DNA from: Bulleidia sp.
Lineage (GTDB): Bacteria; Bacillota_I; Bacilli_A; Erysipelotrichales; Erysipelotrichaceae
Direction: 5' to 3'
DNA: 56,069 nt
Assembly (NCBI GenBank): GCA_016293365.1
Contig: JAEDEK010000001.1
Location: 1-56,069 of the forward strand
The first letter of the stretch is position 1, and each line of letters opens with the position of its first letter. This document shows positions 18,430 through 27,113 of the stretch, piece by piece. The translations under genes were made by a program, and so were the position numbers. The notes below the pieces were generated by a model that made no database searches, was not told where the DNA came from, and saw only the letters and a list, made by a program, of their open reading frames with translations.

Positions 18430-20571
18430 ATGAATAAACTGCCTGAAAAATTGACTCTATTAAGAAAATACAATCAGTTTTCACAGACTGATGTTGCCGG
18501 GAAACTCAATGTACCGGTAACGGAATATATGAACTGGGAAAACGGAAACTGTATCTGCAGAATTGACCAGTTGAAAATTCTTGCGGAAATGTTCGGTGTA
18601 TCGATTGACGCACTGCTTGACAACAATAAAACCATTGTCATTCCGGAAGAGGAACTGATGAAAAGCGCACAGATTCCATCCTTTTCATCCAATGCATCGG
18701 AAAAGACACAGCAGATGAGTACACTGGCAGAAGCAGGTACGATTCAGATGAATACAGTTGCGGATGCGGCGCAGGAAACAAAAGTGATCACACAGCAGCC
18801 ACTGTCTTCTGTAGCGCAGGCTGAGCCTCAGGAAAAAACAATGGATCCTGAAGAAGAGGAAGTGCAGGAAGAAGAACCGGTTTCCCACAGAAAGGCCACA
18901 GTCAGAACGGATGGAGGAAAGAAGAAAAACACACTGATCATTCTTGGTGTTATTGCCCTGCTCATCATTGCTGCAGCGGCATTCCTGCTGCTGATGGGAG
19001 GTTTTCATTCCGTGGCATTATCCAAGGAAAACAGACTTGCCGCAGGAGATACATGGACGATGTATGTCGAGCAGAATGGTAAGATTACTGTCAGAGGTGA
19101 ACTGGAAGGTGCCTCATCCTTCAGTGAAGGTGTTCAGGTCAGTGGTTATGGAAGTCATGCAGCAGCTTTGAGTGATAAAGGCAAAGTGACAGACAACCGG
19201 TTTTCTTCCGAAGTATCTTCCTGGAATAAAGTGGATTATATTGCTGCGGGAAAGAATCATATTGTCGCTGTAACAGATGAAGGCAAGGTGCTTTGTGCAG
19301 GAAGTGAAGAAGCATGTCAGGTAAGTTCCTGGAACAATATTGAAAAGGTGTATGCCGGCAATGAAACTACAGTCGGTATTACCAATGACGGTCAGATCAA
19401 AGTTGCCGGTAATGGTGAATTCCTGTCTTCTGTTACTGGTATCAGTGATATTTCCATGAGTGATAATCTGGCTGCCTACGTAAGATCAGACGGTACGGTT
19501 GCTGTATCCATGCTGGGATCCGGAAATGTTCTGGATACTTCTTCCTGGGTGGATGTTCGAAATACGGCAGTTGGTTCTGATTATGTGATTGGTCTTACAA
19601 CAGATGGTTCCATTCTGTGTGAATCTGCTGATGAGGAATTCAAGGCGGAAGTTACAGGCTGGAAGAATATCCGTTATCTGGCTGCTTCAGATCGTACTGC
19701 TGTAGCGATTGACCGTTCCGGAAACATGCATGGTGCCGGTGATAATTCCTGTAACCAGTATGAAAATCAGAATAAAAAGGATGATGAAAATCAGGAAGAT
19801 GAACAGCTGGAAGCCCCAAAGAACATAACGGTCACAGAATCAACAGCCAATGTTGTCATTAAATGGGATACAGTGGAAAATGCTGATTCCTATGTTGTTT
19901 CCATTTCCGATATCGGAGAACTGCCGGAAACCAAAAACAATCAGGCATCTCTCTCCGCAAGCAGCTTTACGGATGGTGAAACGTATTCCATTACGATTAC
20001 AGCAAAGCCAAAAAGCAGTTCCAAGGCAAAGGAATCTTCCACAACAATGGAATATACGTATGCGGCAAAGAAGGTTCAGCTGACAACTCCAACAGGTATT
20101 ACAGCTTCTACAGATGCCAAAGGATGGACAATTCAGTGGGGTGCAGTTGATCATGCGGATTACTATGAAATCAGTCTGGATGGATCACAGCCACAGCGTG
20201 CCAATACAAATTCCTATATATATGACACTTCTCAGATCATCTCTGTAGGCAATCATACCATCACAATAAAGGCGTTCAGTGTCAACAGCACCTATACGGA
20301 ATCTGAAGAAGGCAGTGGTGTTGTACAGTATGAACCACAGCTTAAGACGATTCCTGTCATGTATATTCAGGGTGAATCCACATATGTGGATTCCGGTAAT
20401 CCGACTGTGGATGTATATGTCGGTATGGATTATACATACCAGGATCTTGACAGCATGGCTGGTGGATTTGCGGCAGCGTCACAGAGAACACTGCAGGATC
20501 CGACAGGTACAGTGCATATCTACGATACAACTACATCCATTCAGATTTATCTGAATGAACAGGAGTCTTAA
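18430..20571 (+). CDS. Single-pass membrane protein: XRE-family HTH, linker, TM helix, RCC1/BLIP-II-like repeats, two FN3-like domains
   Basis: N-terminal HTH (SQTDVAGKLNV..WENG..LAEMFGVSIDAL); KKK followed by a hydrophobic helix at about aa 168-190; repeated W....IAAG..H.V....DG.V...G units; LEAPKNITV..W and LTTPTGITA..W FN3-like starts. Confidence 0.8.
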   Translation: MNKLPEKLTLLRKYNQFSQTDVAGKLNVPVTEYMNWENGNCICRIDQLKILAEMFGVSIDALLDNNKTIVIPEEELMKSAQIPSFSSNASEKTQQMSTLAEAGTIQMNTVADAAQETKVITQQPLSSVAQAEPQEKTMDPEEEEVQEEEPVSHRKATVRTDGGKKKNTLIILGVIALLIIAAAAFLLLMGGFHSVALSKENRLAAGDTWTMYVEQNGKITVRGELEGASSFSEGVQVSGYGSHAAALSDKGKVTDNRFSSEVSSWNKVDYIAAGKNHIVAVTDEGKVLCAGSEEACQVSSWNNIEKVYAGNETTVGITNDGQIKVAGNGEFLSSVTGISDISMSDNLAAYVRSDGTVAVSMLGSGNVLDTSSWVDVRNTAVGSDYVIGLTTDGSILCESADEEFKAEVTGWKNIRYLAASDRTAVAIDRSGNMHGAGDNSCNQYENQNKKDDENQEDEQLEAPKNITVTESTANVVIKWDTVENADSYVVSISDIGELPETKNNQASLSASSFTDGETYSITITAKPKSSSKAKESSTTMEYTYAAKKVQLTTPTGITASTDAKGWTIQWGAVDHADYYEISLDGSQPQRANTNSYIYDTSQIISVGNHTITIKAFSVNSTYTESEEGSGVVQYEPQLKTIPVMYIQGESTYVDSGNPTVDVYVGMDYTYQDLDSMAGGFAAASQRTLQDPTGTVHIYDTTTSIQIYLNEQES

Positions 20572-20572
20572 C

Positions 20573-20767
20573 ATGGAAAAAGTATGGTATTACATGAAAC
20601 CGGACAGGTCAAAATACGGACCGTATTCCGATGATGAACTTGCAGCATTGATCCGACAGGAAATACTGGATGGAGATGACTACATCTGGATGCCGGATAT
20701 GGCTGGATGGCTGAAAATCAGAAATTCCATTTACTCCATCTACATGCCGGAAAGTGAAACGGAATAA
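20573..20767 (+). CDS. Standalone GYF_2 (DUF4339-like) domain protein
   Basis: WYY.......YGPYS...L..LI....L....YIW...M.GW pattern; ATG 20573 after SD CAGGAG, 1 nt after the upstream stop. Confidence 0.8.
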   Translation: MEKVWYYMKPDRSKYGPYSDDELAALIRQEILDGDDYIWMPDMAGWLKIRNSIYSIYMPESETE

Positions 20768-20771
20768 CTTC

Positions 20772-20800
20772 AAAGAAGAGGGGATCGACTCCTCTTTTTT
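20772..20800 (+). terminator. Intrinsic terminator closing the XRE-RCC1/GYF_2 unit
   Basis: AAGAGGGG / CTCCTCTT stem followed by a T run. Confidence 0.75.
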
Positions 20801-20825
20801 CAATGTGTGGTGAATGGTACATGGT

Positions 20826-20854
20826 TTGACGGAATTGCTTTTACGAATTATACT
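20826..20854 (+). promoter_or_regulatory. Sigma-A promoter of the cysS leader
   Basis: TTGACG-17nt-TATACT. Confidence 0.8.
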
Positions 20855-20859
20855 AATGC

Positions 20860-21061
20860 GGTAAACCACAGATCGGAAGAAGTAACAGAAACAGTCATAT
20901 ACAGAGAGAAACGGATCTGCTGAAACCGTTTTTATGAGTGTCTGTGAACTGCACCCGTGAGGGTCCCCTAATCGGGAACGTGAATCCGCGTTAAGGATCA
21001 GAGCATAACAGAAAAGTGGAACCGCGCAAGACGTCTTTTTGATCAGGCGTCTTTTATTTTT
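20860..21061 (+). ncRNA. T-box riboswitch (Cys-specific)
   Basis: AGAGAG box, GCTGAA loop, specifier GAAcTGCA with UGC (Cys) at 20950-20952, T-box AAGTGGAACCGCG, terminator AAGACGTC/GGCGTCTT plus T run before cysS. Confidence 0.92.
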
Positions 21062-21074
21062 ACAGGAGGAAATC

Positions 21075-22412
21075 ATGATCAGACTTTACAATTCAAAGAC
21101 ACTGCAGATTGAACCGTTCAGACCGGTAAAGGAAGGACACGTCAGCATGTATGTGTGTGGACCAACCGTCTATAACTATGCCCATATCGGAAATGCCAGA
21201 CCGATGGTTGTTTTCGATGTGCTGAAAAGACTGTTTGAAGCAGAAGGCTATACGGTTACCTATGTATCCAACTTCACGGATGTGGATGATAAGATCATCA
21301 ACAGAGCCATCGAGGAAAACACAACCGAAGCTGTCATTGCCCAGCGGTATATCGATGCTTATCAGGCACTTCGTGTACAGCTGAATACACAGATTCCTGA
21401 TATCACACCAAGAGTTACGGAAACAATGGATGATATCATTGCGTTCATTCAGGAAATGGTGAACAACGGAAGTGCCTATGTATCTGAAAACGGAGATGTT
21501 TACTTCTCTGTTGAAGCAGATGAAAGATATGGTGAAATCTCACATCAGAATCTGGATATGCTGGAAGCAGGTGCACGTATTGATGTCAATCAGGGAAAGA
21601 AGAATCCATATGACTTTGCTCTGTGGAAAAAGACAGACAAGGGAATTCAGTGGGATTCCCCATGGGGAAAGGGAAGACCTGGATGGCACACGGAATGTGT
21701 TGTCATGATCAATAAGAACCTGGGTGAAATCATCGATATCCATGGTGGTGGTATGGATCTGAAGTTCCCGCATCATGAAAATGAAGCAGCCCAGCAGGAA
21801 TGCACACATCACAATGCACTTGCCAACTACTGGGTACACAACGCAATGATCAATATCGATGGACAGAAGATGTCCAAGTCCCTCGGTAATACTCTTTGGG
21901 CAAAAGATATCATCGATCAGCTTGGAACTGGACTGACAAGATGGCTGATGAGTTCCGTACACTACAGAAAGGAACTCAACTTCTCTGAGGAAACGGTGGA
22001 AACTGCACGTAAGGAGCTGGAAAAGGTTCTGAATCCTCTGAAGCAGGCAGATATCAGAATTTCCCTTGCCCAGGCAGAAGTAACAGATGAAAAGGATGAG
22101 GAATCCTTCCGCAGCTTCCTGGATCAGCTGGATGATGATCTGAATACACCAAATGCCTATACGGTCATTTTTGAAACAGTCAAGAAACTGAATCAGTCAC
22201 TGCGTGTCAGAGAAATTGATTATGCTTCTGTCAACAGAATCAGAAATGCAGTAACAGCCATGCTGGATGTTCTGGGTATCAATGTTGAAAGAACAGTACT
22301 GAGTGAAGAAGACAGAGAACTGTTCCGTGGCTGGAACGAAGCAAAGAAGGCAAAGGACTGGGGAAAAGCGGATACATACCGTAATGCATTAAGCGGAAAG
22401 GGTCTTCTTTAA
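21075..22412 (+). CDS. cysS: Cysteine--tRNA ligase
   Basis: MYVCGPTVY, HIGNAR, GRPGWHTEC, DIHGGG.DLKFPHHENE, KMSKS; start set at ATG 21075 after AGGAGG. Confidence 0.98.
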   Translation: MIRLYNSKTLQIEPFRPVKEGHVSMYVCGPTVYNYAHIGNARPMVVFDVLKRLFEAEGYTVTYVSNFTDVDDKIINRAIEENTTEAVIAQRYIDAYQALRVQLNTQIPDITPRVTETMDDIIAFIQEMVNNGSAYVSENGDVYFSVEADERYGEISHQNLDMLEAGARIDVNQGKKNPYDFALWKKTDKGIQWDSPWGKGRPGWHTECVVMINKNLGEIIDIHGGGMDLKFPHHENEAAQQECTHHNALANYWVHNAMINIDGQKMSKSLGNTLWAKDIIDQLGTGLTRWLMSSVHYRKELNFSEETVETARKELEKVLNPLKQADIRISLAQAEVTDEKDEESFRSFLDQLDDDLNTPNAYTVIFETVKKLNQSLRVREIDYASVNRIRNAVTAMLDVLGINVERTVLSEEDRELFRGWNEAKKAKDWGKADTYRNALSGKGLL

Positions 22413-22795
22413 TGAAAGTCAATGAGTGTTCCGGAAGAGCACTGGCATTTCTTGGGGATGCTGTGTGGTCACTTGCGGTAAGAAAATATCTGCTGGAAAA
22501 AGGGGAAGGAAAAGGAAAGGAACTGCAGAAACAGTCCATTTCCTACGTTTCAGCAAAATCACAGGCGCATTTCTATCAGGTTATGCACGAACAGAATTTT
22601 CTGAGTGAAGAAGAGGAAGCCATCTTTCATCGTGGCAGAAACGGTAACAGTGGCGCTGTTCCGAAAAATACGGATGTCCTGACCTATCGTGCTTCTACTG
22701 GATTTGAAGCAATTCTTGGTGCACTCGAACTGGAAGGAAAACAGGACAGAATCCGCCAGCTGTTTGAAAAGGCACAGGAAATTATGGGAGATTGA
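22412..22795 (+). CDS. mrnC: Mini-ribonuclease III
   Basis: LAFLGDAV, RGRN, YRASTGFEAILG; lies directly after cysS. Confidence 0.93.
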   Translation: MKVNECSGRALAFLGDAVWSLAVRKYLLEKGEGKGKELQKQSISYVSAKSQAHFYQVMHEQNFLSEEEEAIFHRGRNGNSGAVPKNTDVLTYRASTGFEAILGALELEGKQDRIRQLFEKAQEIMGD

Positions 22796-22797
22796 AC

Positions 22798-23517
22798 ATG
22801 TCACAGTATTTCTATGGTAAAAATGTTGTCCGCCAGCTTCTGGAAGATCATGCGGAAGTCAGGATGGTATGGCTTGCGGTGAACGATCGCCAGCTGGAAT
22901 CCCTCTGCGAGCGGAATCATGTAAAAATCCGCAGAACGGATAAAAAGTACATGACAAAACTCACCGGCAGCGATAGACACCAGGGTGTGGCTGCTGAAAT
23001 GCCGGATTACAGGACATATTCCCTGGAAGAGATGATGAACAGTGTACCAAAAGGTAAAAACGGTCTGATTATCCTGCTGGATCAGCTGGAGGATCCGCAT
23101 AATCTTGGCGCAATCCTGCGTACTGCCGATGCAGTCGGTGCAGATGGTGTGATCTTCAAAAAGACACATGCGGTGGGATTGACCCCGACGGTTGCCAAGG
23201 TTTCCGCCGGTGCGATTGATACGGTGAAATGCTGTGCGGTTACCAATTTGTCCCGTGCTCTTGAAACGCTTCAGAAAAACGGTTGGTGGGCAGTCGGTAC
23301 GGATATGGATGGGCAGGATTACCGCACACTGAACTATGATTTCAATACGGTACTTGTGATCGGAAATGAAGGGGATGGTATTTCCAGACTGATCCGTGAA
23401 AAATGTGATTATGTCATTTCTCTTCCGATGGTCGGAAAGATCGAATCCCTGAATGCTTCTGTATCTGCAGGTATTCTCATGTACCAGATCTTTTCTACAC
23501 GTCATCCACTTGGATAA
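22798..23517 (+). CDS. rlmB: 23S rRNA (guanosine-2'-O)-methyltransferase RlmB (TrmH/SpoU family)
   Basis: HQGV, EDPHNLGAILRTA, IGNEGDG, ESLNASVS. Confidence 0.93.
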   Translation: MSQYFYGKNVVRQLLEDHAEVRMVWLAVNDRQLESLCERNHVKIRRTDKKYMTKLTGSDRHQGVAAEMPDYRTYSLEEMMNSVPKGKNGLIILLDQLEDPHNLGAILRTADAVGADGVIFKKTHAVGLTPTVAKVSAGAIDTVKCCAVTNLSRALETLQKNGWWAVGTDMDGQDYRTLNYDFNTVLVIGNEGDGISRLIREKCDYVISLPMVGKIESLNASVSAGILMYQIFSTRHPLG

Positions 23518-23534
23518 TCCACAGATCATATGTG

Positions 23535-23572
23535 AAAAGGGCATGTTTTCCACAATGGAAGCATGCTTTTTA
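23535..23572 (+). terminator. Intrinsic terminator after rlmB
   Basis: AAAAGGGCATGTTTTCC / GGAAGCATGCTTTTT stem. Confidence 0.7.
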
Positions 23573-23662
23573 TGTGAAATCGATGATGAAAGACGGTTGA
23601 AACATCGGGCGTCGAATGGATGACAGTGTGGGATGATGTTTCTGTCGAAAAGAGGTATATGT

Positions 23663-24265
23663 ATGGAAGACAACATCTATGAAATCATCTACATGGTAAG
23701 AATGGGAGATCCTTCAGCCCTGAACATTCTGATGGACAGCTTTCATGAAACAATTGCCTGTCATGTCAGAAGATTCTGCAAGGATCATCCTTATGAGCAG
23801 TTTGAACAGGATGATCTGATCCAGGAAGGTATGATCAGTCTGTATGGTGCAGCAGGCACGTATCGATATGACAAGTGCAGTTCCTTTGATACATATGCTT
23901 ACCTTCTGTTTGAAAACAGACTGAAAAACATCAGCCGCCATGCCCGTACCAACAAGGAAGCATCTGTCATGAATGTGTATCATCTGAATGAAATTGTCAG
24001 AGGCTTTGATGTGGAGATGATCGAGCTGATTGAACAGTCGGACTGTCTGTCAATGCCTGAATACGTATTTGCAATGAAAGAAGCTTATGACTTACTTTGC
24101 GAAACAGTAATGGAAATGACGGAGAAACAGAAAATGGCAGTTGCGGACTGGGCACATGAGATATGCCTTCACCCATATGGGAAAAACGGAACGAAGGAAG
24201 ATCGGCGCAGACAGGCGATGGTCCACAGGGTAAGACAGATGATCCGTAACGCTCTGGAAGTATAA
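23663..24265 (+). CDS. SigH/ComX-like alternative sigma-70 factor
   Basis: Region 2 DDLIQEGMISLY.A...Y......SFDTYA; occupies the conserved rlmB-sigH-rpmG position; region 4 is atypical. Confidence 0.8.
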   Translation: MEDNIYEIIYMVRMGDPSALNILMDSFHETIACHVRRFCKDHPYEQFEQDDLIQEGMISLYGAAGTYRYDKCSSFDTYAYLLFENRLKNISRHARTNKEASVMNVYHLNEIVRGFDVEMIELIEQSDCLSMPEYVFAMKEAYDLLCETVMEMTEKQKMAVADWAHEICLHPYGKNGTKEDRRRQAMVHRVRQMIRNALEV

Positions 24266-24293
24266 TAACCTGTATTTGTTCACATTCGCATAA

Positions 24294-24323
24294 TTGACGA
24301 TGGAAACGGTTCTATGATAGAGT
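24294..24323 (+). promoter_or_regulatory. Probable promoter of rpmG-secE-nusG
   Basis: TTGACG-18nt-TAGAGT with an upstream TG extension. Confidence 0.5.
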
Positions 24324-24352
24324 ATATAGGCGTTTGAAGGAGTTTTTTCGTA

Positions 24353-24508
24353 ATGGCAAAAGATGATAAGGCGATCCTCGCATGTGAGGAATGCCTCGCT
24401 CGTAACTACACGACCCATCGTTCCAGGAAGAACAACAGAGAAAGACTGGAGTTAAGAAAGTTCTGCCCGCACTGCGGAAAGATGACACTCCATAAAGAAA
24501 CGAAATAG
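24353..24508 (+). CDS. rpmG: 50S ribosomal protein L33, zinc-binding form (not in the ORF track)
   Basis: Manual translation [51 protein letters not shown] (51 aa); SD AAGGAG. Confidence 0.96.
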   Translation: MAKDDKAILACEECLARNYTTHRSRKNNRERLELRKFCPHCGKMTLHKETK

Positions 24509-24520
24509 GAGGATTTCCTG

Positions 24521-24772
24521 ATGAGTGAAAACAAAACTGAAAAACAGAAGAAAACAAAGGCTCCAAAGGATCACTGGTTTTCTTTCAGTGGTATCCGCAA
24601 AGAAGCAAAGCGCGTCAGATGGCCGCACTGGAAGAGTGAAGGTTCTTCCAAGCCGGGCATCCTTCAGAATACAGCTGAAGTTGTCATCTTCACAGCTTCA
24701 TTTGCCCTGTTCTTTGTATTATGCGAATTCATTATTACCTATCTTCTGAAGTTAATTGGAATCGGAGCGTAA
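24521..24772 (+). CDS. secE: Preprotein translocase subunit SecE
   Basis: KEAKRVRWP motif plus one TM helix; between rpmG and nusG. Confidence 0.9.
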   Translation: MSENKTEKQKKTKAPKDHWFSFSGIRKEAKRVRWPHWKSEGSSKPGILQNTAEVVIFTASFALFFVLCEFIITYLLKLIGIGA

Positions 24773-24776
24773 ACCT

Positions 24777-25349
24777 ATGAGTGAGACACAGAAAATGACA
24801 AATGATCAGGATGAAAAGCTCTGGTATGTAGTCAATACATATTCCGGACATGAAAACAGAGTAAAGGAAAATCTTGAAAAAAGAGTTGAGACAATGGGAA
24901 TTCAGGACTGCCTGTTCCGCATTGTTGTCGCTGAAGAACCTGAAATCGAAATCAAGAACGGCAAACAGGTGGAAAAGATGCATAATCTGTTCCCAGGCTA
25001 TGTCTTTGTTGAAATGAAGATGACAGATGAAGCATGGTATGTTGTCCGTAATACACCAGGTGTCACAGGATTCATCGGTTCTTCCGGTGGCGGTGCCAAG
25101 CCGTTCCCGGTAGCACCGGATGAAATGGAATCCATTCTCAGAAGAATCGTACAGAAGGATCAGAAGGTTGTTGTTGACTTTAAGGTCGGTGACACAGTCA
25201 GAATTCTTTCCGGTCCGTTCTCTGGAATGGAAGGAACAGTCAGTTCCATGAACGACCAGACTCAGGTTGCAAATGTTCTGACAATGCTGTTTGGTCGTGA
25301 AACACCGACTGATATGAATTACAAGGATCTGAAGAAGGTGGAAGAATGA
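24777..25349 (+). CDS. nusG: Transcription elongation factor NusG
   Basis: WYVVNTYSGHE, FPGYVFVEM, VRNTPGVTGFIG, KOW domain, FGRETP. Confidence 0.98.
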   Translation: MSETQKMTNDQDEKLWYVVNTYSGHENRVKENLEKRVETMGIQDCLFRIVVAEEPEIEIKNGKQVEKMHNLFPGYVFVEMKMTDEAWYVVRNTPGVTGFIGSSGGGAKPFPVAPDEMESILRRIVQKDQKVVVDFKVGDTVRILSGPFSGMEGTVSSMNDQTQVANVLTMLFGRETPTDMNYKDLKKVEE

Positions 25350-25783
25350 GTGAAGAACAGACAAAAATTCTGATGACATATGCTGTCGTCGCTGTTGTAT
25401 GGTATGTTGTACAGACAGTTGGATGCATGTTCCTGTTTAAAAAGACAGGTACATCCAAAGGTATGGCATTTATTCCACTTCTTCGTGAAAAGGCACTGTT
25501 TGATGTGTCTATCAACAACAAGAAGGCTGGACTTGTATGGCTGATTCTTGCGGTAGCAGGACTTGCATGCTTTTTTACAGGAAGTTTCATGTCCATCCAG
25601 ATTCTTGCATGGGTCGGCTTTGCTGCAATGATTCTTGCGGTTGTGCTTGCTGTATATCGTAACTTCAAGGAAGCCAAGGCATTTGGCCGAGGTGCAGGTA
25701 CTGCAGTGATTCTGACACTGTTTGATCCACTCGGAAACCTGATTATCGGAAAAGGCGTATCCGAATACAAAGGAAAGATGTAA
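25346..25783 (+). CDS. Small multi-pass membrane protein (DUF5684-like)
   Basis: LFKKTG....AFIP and AKAFGRGAGTA..L.LF pattern; ATGA overlap with the nusG stop. Confidence 0.6.
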   Translation: MSEEQTKILMTYAVVAVVWYVVQTVGCMFLFKKTGTSKGMAFIPLLREKALFDVSINNKKAGLVWLILAVAGLACFFTGSFMSIQILAWVGFAAMILAVVLAVYRNFKEAKAFGRGAGTAVILTLFDPLGNLIIGKGVSEYKGKM

Positions 25784-25807
25784 AAAAAGCAGGAAACTGC
25801 TTTTTTT
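25782..25807 (+). terminator. Intrinsic terminator, potentially bidirectional
   Basis: AAAAAAAGCAG-GAAA-CTGCTTTTTTT. Confidence 0.85.
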
Positions 25808-25809
25808 CG

Positions 25810-25838
25810 TTGACGATAGAGGGGAATGATTATACAAT
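25810..25838 (+). promoter_or_regulatory. Sigma-A promoter of rplK-rplA
   Basis: TTGACG-17nt-TACAAT. Confidence 0.8.
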
Positions 25839-25867
25839 CATAACGCACGTGAAAACGTGACTTTATT

Positions 25868-25909
25868 CATGCGTGGGAGGATGTAAACCATCTGCTTAAC
25901 CACTGCATG
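25868..25909 (+). promoter_or_regulatory. L1-binding autoregulatory RNA element in the rplK leader
   Basis: CATGCGTGG-GAG-GATG..CATC..TAA-CCAC-TGCATG; resembles the GGGAG internal-loop hairpin bound by L1. Confidence 0.7.
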
Positions 25910-25938
25910 TGATTTTCTGAAATAAGGAGGAAAGCCAC

Positions 25939-26358
25939 ATGGCAAAGAAAAAAATTACAAAGATTTCCAAGTTGCAGTTCCCTGCCGGCGGCGCTAAACC
26001 AGGTCCGGCTTTAGCAGCTGCAGGTATCAACATGCCAGCATTCTGCTCTGACTTCAACGACAAGACAAAGGATCGTAAGGGTGATATCGTTCCTGTTATC
26101 ATCACTGCGTATGAAGACAAGAGCTTCGATTTCGTTCTGAAGACAACTCCAGCTGCAGTTCTGTTAAAGAAGGCTGCCGGTGTAGCTAAGGCTTCCGGAA
26201 CACCTAACACTGTAAAGGCAGGTAAGGTTACAAAGACTCAGATCAGAGAAATCGCTGAGTACAAGATGCCTGACCTCAACGCAAATGACGTTGAAGCAGC
26301 AATGAGAATCATTGAAGGAACTGCCCGTAATATGGGTATCGCAGTGGAGGGTGAGTAA
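25939..26358 (+). CDS. rplK: 50S ribosomal protein L11
   Basis: [41 protein letters not shown]. Confidence 0.98.
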   Translation: MAKKKITKISKLQFPAGGAKPGPALAAAGINMPAFCSDFNDKTKDRKGDIVPVIITAYEDKSFDFVLKTTPAAVLLKKAAGVAKASGTPNTVKAGKVTKTQIREIAEYKMPDLNANDVEAAMRIIEGTARNMGIAVEGE

Positions 26359-26360
26359 GC

Positions 26361-27038
26361 ATGGCAGGAAAGAAGTATAACGCAGCGCTCGCTCTGGTCG
26401 ATCGCAACAAGACATACAGCTATACAGAAGCTGTAGCACTGGCAAAGAAGACATCTGTTACAAAGTTTGACTCTTCTGTTGAAGTATCTTTCTACCTCAA
26501 CGTTGACCCAAGACAGGCTGAACAGAACATCCGTGGTGCAATGGTACTTCCTAACGGAACAGGCCGTACTCAGAGAGTTCTGGTCATCACTCAGGGTGAA
26601 AAGGAAGAAGAAGCAAAGAAGGCAGGAGCTGATTTTGTCGGCGGTGCTGACATGATTGAAAAGATCCAAAAGGGTTGGTTCGACTTCGATGTTATCGTAG
26701 CTACACCAGACATGATGGGTCAGCTTGGTAAGCTCGGTAGAGTTCTGGGTCCTAAGGGCCTGATGCCAAACCCAAAGACAGGTACAGTTACAATGAACGT
26801 AGCTGACGCTGTTGATCAGATTAAGAAGGGTAAGATTGAATACCGTGTTGACAGAGATGGCAACATCAATGTTCTGATCGGTAAGTGCTCCTTCACTGAC
26901 GAAGCTCTGGCTGAAAATTTCAAGACACTGTACAACCAGCTGCTGAAGGTTAAGCCTGCTACAGTCAAGGGTGCATATATCAAGGGCATCACTGTTTCCA
27001 CAACAATGGGTCCTGGTATCCGTGTTACAGTTGAATAA
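26361..27038 (+). CDS. rplA: 50S ribosomal protein L1
   Basis: [33 protein letters not shown]. Confidence 0.98.
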   Translation: MAGKKYNAALALVDRNKTYSYTEAVALAKKTSVTKFDSSVEVSFYLNVDPRQAEQNIRGAMVLPNGTGRTQRVLVITQGEKEEEAKKAGADFVGGADMIEKIQKGWFDFDVIVATPDMMGQLGKLGRVLGPKGLMPNPKTGTVTMNVADAVDQIKKGKIEYRVDRDGNINVLIGKCSFTDEALAENFKTLYNQLLKVKPATVKGAYIKGITVSTTMGPGIRVTVE

Positions 27039-27049
27039 TTGTAATCCTG

Positions 27050-27079
27050 AAAGAGTCCGGTAAAACGGATTCTTTTTTT
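27050..27079 (+). terminator. Intrinsic terminator after rplA
   Basis: AAGAGTCCG / CGGATTCTT stem followed by a T run. Confidence 0.8.
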
Positions 27080-27113
27080 GTGCTATCATGGTATGCAGAT
27101 TGAGGTAAAGAAT

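Noticed and set aside
20842..20849. TACGAATT resembling the ComX cin-box TACGAATA
   Set aside because: One mismatch, lies in the spacer of a good sigma-A promoter, and precedes cysS rather than a competence gene.
22801..23676. 291-aa antisense ORF over rlmB
   Set aside because: Shadow of a well-supported sense gene with no domain signal.
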